Positions 8,490-15,300 of a stretch of DNA of 32,331 nucleotides are shown here, piece after piece. The stretch lies in IMG/VR virus record IMGVR_UViG_3300025936_000018, one strand, 5' to 3'. The stretch's first letter is position 1. Each line of letters starts with the position of its first letter. Below the pieces are notes generated by a model. That model made no database searches and was not told where the DNA came from. It saw only the letters and a program-made list of their open reading frames with translations. The position numbers were made by a program, and so were the translations under genes. The DNA comes from a virus. Lineage: Duplodnaviria > Heunggongvirae > Uroviricota > Caudoviricetes.

Positions 8490-8690
8490 ATGAGTTACTA
8501 CGCAAGAGCCATCGAGAGCCTCACGACGAGCGATCCGCGCCATGTCGAAGCGTGGATGCGGCTCGAGTTCGGAACGCTCGATCATCTGACCGCGGAGCGG
8601 TTCGAGTCGGAGGTCTGCATCGCCAACGCCTGCATCGCTGAGGCCGGCATCGAGGAGAGCGAGGCGCTCGCCGTCTCGTACGGCCTCTGA
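8490..8690 (+). CDS. Small hypothetical protein
   Basis: GAAGGGAGA SD, 66 aa, DPRHVEAWMRLEFGTLDHL; TGATG coupling to next gene. Confidence 0.75.
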   Translation: MSYYARAIESLTTSDPRHVEAWMRLEFGTLDHLTAERFESEVCIANACIAEAGIEESEALAVSYGL

Positions 8691-9304
8691 TGAGCGCCAT
8701 CGAGCTCGAGAACACCGCAGCGGCGTTCGCCGACGCGCGGAACCCGCAGACCTCGATCTTCGAGGTCCAGACGTGTTCGCGCTGTGGCGGAAGCGGCCGG
8801 TATTCCTACAACGCTTTCACGCAGGACCGCTGCTTCAAGTGCGGCGGCCGCGGCTGGACGTACACGAAGCGCGGCGCCGCTGCCGCGGCGAAGCTGACCG
8901 AGCTCCTCTCGAAGCGAGTCCGCGATCTGCAACCCGGCGATCGCATCCGGTACGCCGGCATCCCCGGCTTCTCGGGCGGCGGATGGGCCACGATCGAGAA
9001 GGTCGGCCGCGACACCGGCGAGATGGAGTTCGGCTCGCGGGTGGTCGACTTCGACTACGAAGCGAACGAGCGCTGGGGCTATCAGTGCAACGGATACAGC
9101 GCTGCCGGTGTCGATCCCGACTCGCTCGTTCGGGTCGCGCACACGGCAGACGAGAAGGCAGCCGCTCGAGCCGCCGCGCTTGACCAGCACGGAAGAGCTC
9201 CAGATCGTCTCGCCGAGACGCCTGGACGATCCAGAGACCGCGAAGCTGATTCGGGCGCAGCTGAAGAAGGCGTTCCCGGGCCAGAAGTTCACGGTCAGGA
9301 GTAG
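8690..9304 (+). CDS. Protein with DnaJ-type CxxCxGxG zinc finger
   Basis: CSRCGGSG and CFKCGGRG; last ~40 aa overlap next gene out of frame. Confidence 0.7.
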   Translation: MSAIELENTAAAFADARNPQTSIFEVQTCSRCGGSGRYSYNAFTQDRCFKCGGRGWTYTKRGAAAAAKLTELLSKRVRDLQPGDRIRYAGIPGFSGGGWATIEKVGRDTGEMEFGSRVVDFDYEANERWGYQCNGYSAAGVDPDSLVRVAHTADEKAAARAAALDQHGRAPDRLAETPGRSRDREADSGAAEEGVPGPEVHGQE

Positions 9305-9824
9305 CCGGTATTCCGGCGGCTCGAGCATCAGCATCGACTGGATCGACGGGCCGACCACGAAGCAGGTTGACGACGTGACCGCCGTCTTCGCGGGCTCGCG
9401 CTTCGACTCGATGATCGACCTCAAGACGTACAACCGGCACTGGCTCAATCCGGACGGCACAGTGAGCATCGCTTACGCCGGCGGCCAGGGCTCGACGCTG
9501 GAAGAGGTCTACGGCAGCGCGCCGACGCCGAACTCGGAGCTGGTCTCGATCGGCGCCGATCACATCATGACCCAGCGGGAGACGTCGCCCGAATGGAAGG
9601 CAGCGATCTTCGCCGCATTCGGCGAGATCCTCGGCCGCGACCTCGGCGACCCGACGGGAAGCTATTCCACGTGGGATCAGCTAGTCCCGCTGAAAGTCGA
9701 CTGGAGCGACGGGAGGCTGTACCACATGGTCGAGACCGACACGGAGCGGCTCTCGACGGTCTTTCACCAGTTCACGAGCTATCGGCAGGGCGGCGACTGC
9801 TCGACCGATGCGGTCGCATCATGA
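9180..9824 (+). CDS. LPD29-like (large polyvalent protein-associated domain) protein
   Basis: ETAKLIRAQLKKAFPGQKFTVRSSRYSGGSSISIDWIDGPT...SRFDSMID matches remembered LPD29 consensus; TTG 9180 start is uncertain. Confidence 0.72.
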   Translation: MTSTEELQIVSPRRLDDPETAKLIRAQLKKAFPGQKFTVRSSRYSGGSSISIDWIDGPTTKQVDDVTAVFAGSRFDSMIDLKTYNRHWLNPDGTVSIAYAGGQGSTLEEVYGSAPTPNSELVSIGADHIMTQRETSPEWKAAIFAAFGEILGRDLGDPTGSYSTWDQLVPLKVDWSDGRLYHMVETDTERLSTVFHQFTSYRQGGDCSTDAVAS

Positions 9825-10345
9825 GCGTCATCGAACAAGCTAGACGCGACTGGACGAACGTCGGCGCCGAGGTTGTCGAGCGGATCGGCGGCCGCGACGC
9901 GGCGAGCAGCGAAGCCGAAAGCCTCGAGTGGCAGAGCGTTCCGATCGGCCGGCCGCTGACGGTCGGCTTCATGCCCGGCGAGGCGATCAAGGCTGCGATC
10001 AGCGAGCTCGCCATCCCGAAGGTGAGCGCGATCGCGATCGGATCGCTTGAGCGGCCCGGCGCGACCGGCGACGACGACGGCTGGTACCCCGGCTTCTACG
10101 GCATCGAGGGGAACTATCGCAACTGCGTCGTCCGCGTCTACATCATCGACGGCGGCGAGTCGCTGATCCCGATCTTCGCCGACGTCTGGGAGATCGACGA
10201 GACCGACGATCCGGCGCTGACAGCTCTGCGGCAAGCCGGAGCTCGAGCTCGCGCGCGCGGCGAGGAGCCGATCGTGGACATGCCAACCGCGGCCGAAGCG
10301 AACGCGCGCGTGGCGGAGCTCGGCCGGCGCAAGGCGTATCGGTAA
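9821..10345 (+). CDS. Hypothetical protein
   Basis: ATGA overlap at 9821, MSVIEQARRDW..., high GC3; C-terminal part of track ORF 9593..10345. Confidence 0.7.
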   Translation: MSVIEQARRDWTNVGAEVVERIGGRDAASSEAESLEWQSVPIGRPLTVGFMPGEAIKAAISELAIPKVSAIAIGSLERPGATGDDDGWYPGFYGIEGNYRNCVVRVYIIDGGESLIPIFADVWEIDETDDPALTALRQAGARARARGEEPIVDMPTAAEANARVAELGRRKAYR

Positions 10346-10356
10346 GCCGCACGTCC

Positions 10357-10371
10357 TGATATATTTATACC
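10357..10371 (+). promoter_or_regulatory. Second TGATATATTTATA extended -10 / operator candidate
   Basis: 13-bp identity to 8448-8460; followed by GAAGGGAGA SD as at 8476. Confidence 0.75.
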
Positions 10372-10397
10372 GTCATCACTAGCGGAAGGGAGACCGC

Positions 10398-11087
10398 ATG
10401 ACACGCAGAGAGAGGCTCGAGCGTAGAGCCGAGAAGAGGCGCGACTGGGCAGGAAGTGCCAGCGCGCGATCAGACGCCGCGTACGAAGCGGAGCACGCGA
10501 TCGGCGATCGCATTCCGATGGGCCAGCCGATTCTCGTCGGCCATCACTCGGAGCGGAGAGCTCGCCGCGACGTCGAGCGGATGCAGACGCTCGCGAGCCG
10601 GAGCATCGAAGAGGGCGCGAAGGCCGAGCGCCACGCAGCGGCCGCGGACAGCATCGAGCGGCAACTCGAGGTCGCGATCTTCGATGACGACGAGGACGCG
10701 GTCGAGCAGCTGCGCGCGAAGGCCGACCGGCTCGAGGCGCAGCGCGACGAGCGGAAGCGTGCGAACGCCGAGTACCGGAAGGAGCACAAGGCCGAGCTCG
10801 CCGCGATGACGCCCTACGAGCGGTCGCAGGCAGTTCCGTATCCGACCTACTCGCTCACGAACCTCGGAGCTCGAATCCGAGACGCGCGGCAGCGCGCCGA
10901 CCGGCTCGAGCGCGAGAAGGCGATGGTCGCCGCAGGCGATCGCGGCCACGGCCGGCAGATGGAGTCCCGGTACCCGGGCACCTGCGCCGACTGCGGCGGA
11001 GAGATCAGCCGCGGCGAGCAGATCGTCTGGTTCCGTCTCACGCGCGAAGCGACGCACGCGACTTGCCCGGCAAAGGACGAGTCGTGA
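10398..11087 (+). CDS. DUF3560-like protein with C-terminal Cys/His zinc ribbon
   Basis: RRERLERRAEKRRDWA...IPMGQPILVGHHSERRARRD signature; YPGTCADCGGEI...HATC. Confidence 0.82.
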   Translation: MTRRERLERRAEKRRDWAGSASARSDAAYEAEHAIGDRIPMGQPILVGHHSERRARRDVERMQTLASRSIEEGAKAERHAAAADSIERQLEVAIFDDDEDAVEQLRAKADRLEAQRDERKRANAEYRKEHKAELAAMTPYERSQAVPYPTYSLTNLGARIRDARQRADRLEREKAMVAAGDRGHGRQMESRYPGTCADCGGEISRGEQIVWFRLTREATHATCPAKDES

Positions 11088-11578
11088 CGGCCGCGGAGTA
11101 CTTCTGGATCGAGTACGAGAACGACGACATGGGCCCGTTCGTGGAGCGCGAGCTCGCGGAGATGGCGCTCGGCTCGGACGAGGGCCAGATATTCACGAGC
11201 GGCGACGGCGGTTGCACGCCGATCGTTGCGCTCGTGAGCCCCGCGTGGCAGTCGACGGCCGTCGAGTGGCGCGGAGTCGGTCTCGGCGAGCAGCGCGATC
11301 TCACGCGGCGATCTCTTGCTCGAGCGATCGCCGGACCCAATTCGGTCACCGTCAACTGCGTGCACGGCCAGCATGACGAGTGCCACGGATACGTCGCGCC
11401 GCTCGTCTACAGCGCCACGCGGCCGTGCGGATGCGTCTGCCACGACGCCGGCGGCCGCGACTTCCATGCCGGGCTCGAGCGGGCCCGGAGGTCGTACTAC
11501 AGCGAGCGCGAGCCGGCGGAGATCGGCGGCGCTTTCGACGGCTTCACCGTCACATCCGACGCGGATCCGGGGCTCTAG
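11084..11578 (+). CDS. Hypothetical phage protein
   Basis: GTGA overlap; Cys/His cluster (CVHGQHDECHG, CGCVCH); ends GGAFDGFTVTSDADPGL. Confidence 0.7.
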   Translation: MTAAEYFWIEYENDDMGPFVERELAEMALGSDEGQIFTSGDGGCTPIVALVSPAWQSTAVEWRGVGLGEQRDLTRRSLARAIAGPNSVTVNCVHGQHDECHGYVAPLVYSATRPCGCVCHDAGGRDFHAGLERARRSYYSEREPAEIGGAFDGFTVTSDADPGL

Positions 11579-11784
11579 TGGCCGCCGGCGTGCGATGCAC
11601 GGCATCCGGCGCGGAGCGCTCCGTCACGTCCGAGCAGTGGATCTCCGCCAAAGGTGCGTGCCCGGATTGCGGAGCAGAGGTCGAGTTCATGGTCCGAGCC
11701 AACGACCTCTCGCCGCGCTGCAAGGTGAAGGTCCACCGGGCGCCCGCGGGCGTCATCCCGCGCCCGTACGGAGCAGCGCCATGA
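11578..11784 (+). CDS. Small Cys-containing hypothetical protein
   Basis: TAGTG overlap at 11578; KGACPDCGAEV; stop overlaps next ATG. Confidence 0.55.
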   Translation: MAAGVRCTASGAERSVTSEQWISAKGACPDCGAEVEFMVRANDLSPRCKVKVHRAPAGVIPRPYGAAP

Positions 11785-12074
11785 TCGAGGAGCTCGAGAT
11801 GACCACGGCGCTAGGCTTCGCAGCGATGGAGACCGCGCAGTGGAACTACTTCACCGTGACGAACGAGGACGGCTCGCCGCGGCTGGTCGTGCGTCGGAAC
11901 GGGCCCGACATTCAGCTGCTCACGGCGAACGGCTGGGTCGATCGGCCGCAACTCCTGACGCGGTTCCAGGATGCCGGCTTCCTCGAGCAGACCGATCTCG
12001 CCGGCGCGCAGCGCTCGGCGACGTCGATCGGCGGCGGCCTCCAGTGGCCGCGCGAGGACCTCGCAGTTGGCTGA
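11781..12074 (+). CDS. Small protein, candidate immunity protein 1
   Basis: ATGA overlap; WNYFTVTNEDGSPRLVVRR...NGWVDRPQLL; immunity role is inference from position. Confidence 0.65.
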   Translation: MIEELEMTTALGFAAMETAQWNYFTVTNEDGSPRLVVRRNGPDIQLLTANGWVDRPQLLTRFQDAGFLEQTDLAGAQRSATSIGGGLQWPREDLAVG

Positions 12075-12321
12075 GCTCAAGATCATCGGACAGCAGGGGC
12101 CGACGCGGTTCCTCGTAGACGCGGGGAAGGTCGCGGACGGCGAGCCGAATGCTGGTCTGCCGGCGGCGCGGGTCTACGACGTCGTGACTGACTTCCTCGG
12201 CGAGCCGACGGCGATCGGCGCGATCACCGCGCACTCGCCCGGCTGGGACGAGCCGACAGCGCCGGACGAGCTGCTTGAGACTGTCCGTGAGCGCGTCGCC
12301 GCGCTGCTGCCGGCGGCCTAG
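12067..12321 (+). CDS. Small protein, candidate immunity protein 2
   Basis: TTG 12067 with GAGGA SD; MAELKIIGQQGPTRFLVDAG...HSPGWDEP; stop overlaps MuF stop in CTAG. Confidence 0.65.
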   Translation: MAELKIIGQQGPTRFLVDAGKVADGEPNAGLPAARVYDVVTDFLGEPTAIGAITAHSPGWDEPTAPDELLETVRERVAALLPAA

Positions 12322-15300
12322 TCGTTCTGGCTGTTGCCGCCGCCGAGCTCTCGGTACGTGTCGACCATGTGCCAGCGGATCTCGAGCTCGTCGAGCAACT
12401 CGCGGAGGTGCGTGCCCTCCATCATCGTCTGCTCGGAACGGGCGAGCCATTCGTCCGCCTGTTCTTGAGCTCGCGCGACGGCGTCCTCAGCCGCCGCGAG
12501 TGCGCTCGTGTTCGACGTGCCCTTGACGGCCTCGCGTAGCGCGTCGAGCTCTCGCTGCTTCTCGGCGAGGTTGTCGCGCATGATGTTCGCCATCGCGGTC
12601 GCGCCCTGGATGCGCTCCTGCTCGCGCTCGGCGGAGAAGATGACCTGGTCGATGTCGCTGAGCGCGACGCCGCCGTGGATCTGCGCCTCGGCGTATGAGC
12701 CGTACGTCATGTCCGCGACGTCGCCGTTCGCTTCGACGGGGTTCGCGCCGCCCCACCACGAAGTCAGGCTCGGATCGTTCAGCGGCGAGGGGATGATCTC
12801 TCCGTCTCGGCCCGGTCCGAGCGAGTCGATGAGCGAGAACGTCGTCCGTTCGTTCGTCTCCGGCTTGAGGTTGACGATCAGGTCGCCGTACTGCTCGACG
12901 CCGTGTGTCTCGTCGGCGGAGCCGGCGAGGTACCCGTAGATCGGCCTCTCTTCGTCCGGCAGGCTCTTCGGGTAGCCGAACATTCGCTCTTCGGCTCGAG
13001 CTCGCAGATCGGCGTCGAGCATTCCCTTCGACGTGCCGGTCTCGAACTGACTCTTGAAACGGCCTTCCTTGAGGATCTTCTCGAGCGTGTCGGTGGTGAC
13101 GCGGATGCGCACCTGCGCGTCGGCCACGGCCTTCTTGATCGACGTGAGAGCTTCGGCCTTCCACTCCTCAAGCCGTTGCGCTCGCTCCTCGGGCGTACCG
13201 ATCATCTTCCATCTGCCGCCCTGCGTCTGCGCTTGCCGCTCGGCGACGTAGTTGATGTTCTCCATCGTGCGGTCCATCGTGAGATTGTTCGCACCCGGGA
13301 CGATGTCCTGCACCCTCAGGACGCGCATGACGTCGGCGCCAACCGGAGCATCATGCGTCACGCGCTGGCCGATGCCGAACGCGCCAGCCGGGACAGGATT
13401 CTTCGACTGCTCGGCCGCCATCTCGTTCCACAGCCGAAGCCGCTCCGCCGGGTCGGTCGACAGCTGGAACGCGCGATACTGCGGGTGCAGCGACGTCTTG
13501 AGCTCGAACGTCCGCGGCGTGTGGAACTGGAGCTCGAACCGCTGCCCGTTCTTCTCGAATACGCCGTTGATCCCCTGGTAGTCGGCGTTGCCCCAATAGT
13601 TCTTCAGCTTGATCTGCGTGTAGCCGTCCTTCTCGAGCCGCGCGAGCGTCGTCTGGACGCCGTTCGCGTAGCTGCCGTCAGGGAACGTCATCGTGTAGCG
13701 GAGCGTGTCGTTGATCGACGCCGAGACCTCCGCGACGGTCGCGCTCGGATCAGCCAGCCGAGCGTCGGCGAGGTCGCCGGTGATCTTGCGGACGAGCGAG
13801 GGGTTCTCCTTGACGGCGTTCTCGAGGCCTTCCATCTTTCCGCCGGCCGTGTCCGCGATGCCAGAGAGCTCGGCGGTGACTTCCGGCTCGGCCGCAGCCG
13901 CGTCGCTGATCATCGCCTTCGCGGAATCGAGGACCTCCGGCGGGATCGGCTCGCCAGCGACCGACGCCGCGTACGCCTTCGCTTCGTCCCAGTCAGTGAA
14001 CAGACGCACCTCGGTCTCGGCCGGCGCGTTCTGCGCCATGAACACGATGTCGGGCCGGCCGTACTCCTCGAACTTCCAACCTTCCGGCGCGTACTCGTCG
14101 ACGAACTTCATCCGGCCGACAACCCGGAATCCCTCCTGCTCGTACATGTCCGGCAGGAAGCCGTCGTACGCGTCGAGCGTCGCCGCGCCTTCCTCCTGCA
14201 CCGCCTTGCGGACGGCCTGCTGGCCGGCGCCCTTGATGCCGCCCGGATTGCGGAATACGTTCTGGAGGTCGTGCTCCGGCGTGACGACGAAGCCGGACTC
14301 GCCGTCAGGCGAGATGAAGACCTTGTCCCGGGCTAGCTCTTCTGGGGTGTGGACGGTGAGGAAGCCGGGGCGGGCGTTTTCTGCGAGTGCGGAGTTGAAC
14401 GACTCGTAGTCGGTCGTTTCGGCGAAGGAAACGACGGGTCGTCCGGGTCCCGATCCGGCGGAAGGTGCCGAGAGAGGCCTGATGCCGGCTTCTGCATGAC
14501 CAGATGTTAGCCCACCGGCGTCGGTGAGCTCCTCGCAGTTGACCGGCAGGATCTCCTCTGCGGCCGGCGGCGTCCAGCCGGCCGGATTGGCCGGATCATC
14601 GGCCGCGGTCAGATGGTTCGTCGCGAGCTGCTCGAAGCGGAGCGCGGCGATGTCGCCGGCGCGCTCGAGGATCGGCTGCAAGATCGCGGCAAGCCTCGGC
14701 TCGAAGTCGTCGATGCGCTTGTGGGCGGCACGCAGAACGCGGTTGTGATGCTCGAGCGAGAAGCGCTGCTCGCCGGCCGCGTCGATGTTGTCGCCGGCGG
14801 TGTCGCTCTTCCGCTCGCCCGAGTACTCGAGCGTGCACCGGCAGTTGATCACCTCGCCGGCCTCGCCGTCCGGGTCGCCGGGGAAGCGGAGCTCGGCGCC
14901 GCCGACGTCGAACAGCCCGTCGAGTTGAACGGTCTGGCCGTCCAAGCCTTCGTAGTCCTCGTGGCGCGGATACGTGGCGCCGGGCGCGGTCATCCACGTC
15001 TTCGTCGCCGTCGCGCCGGCAACATCGGCCGCGATCTTGGCCGCGGCGAGCGAGCCGCCGTTCACAGCGCCGGCGAGCTCGGTTCGCGCGATCATCGTCG
15101 CGCGCACGTTGCTCGCCTCAGCCATGTGCGCCCGGATCGCCTTCGCCGTATCGGGAACCGACAACCCCTGCTCGTGCGCGTAGTTGATCACGTTCATGAC
15201 GTCGTCCTGCGTCGTGCGCGAGATGCCGACGATGTGCTGGCCTGCTCTCGAGATGACGTCCGCCGCGAGCGGATTCGTGATGTCCCAGGTGAGCCCGGCC

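Noticed and set aside
5251-8493. 1080-aa plus-strand ORF
   Set aside because: Antisense shadow of the protease/ATPase genes; Arg/Ala/Val-rich, no motifs; stop-poor reverse frame is expected at high GC
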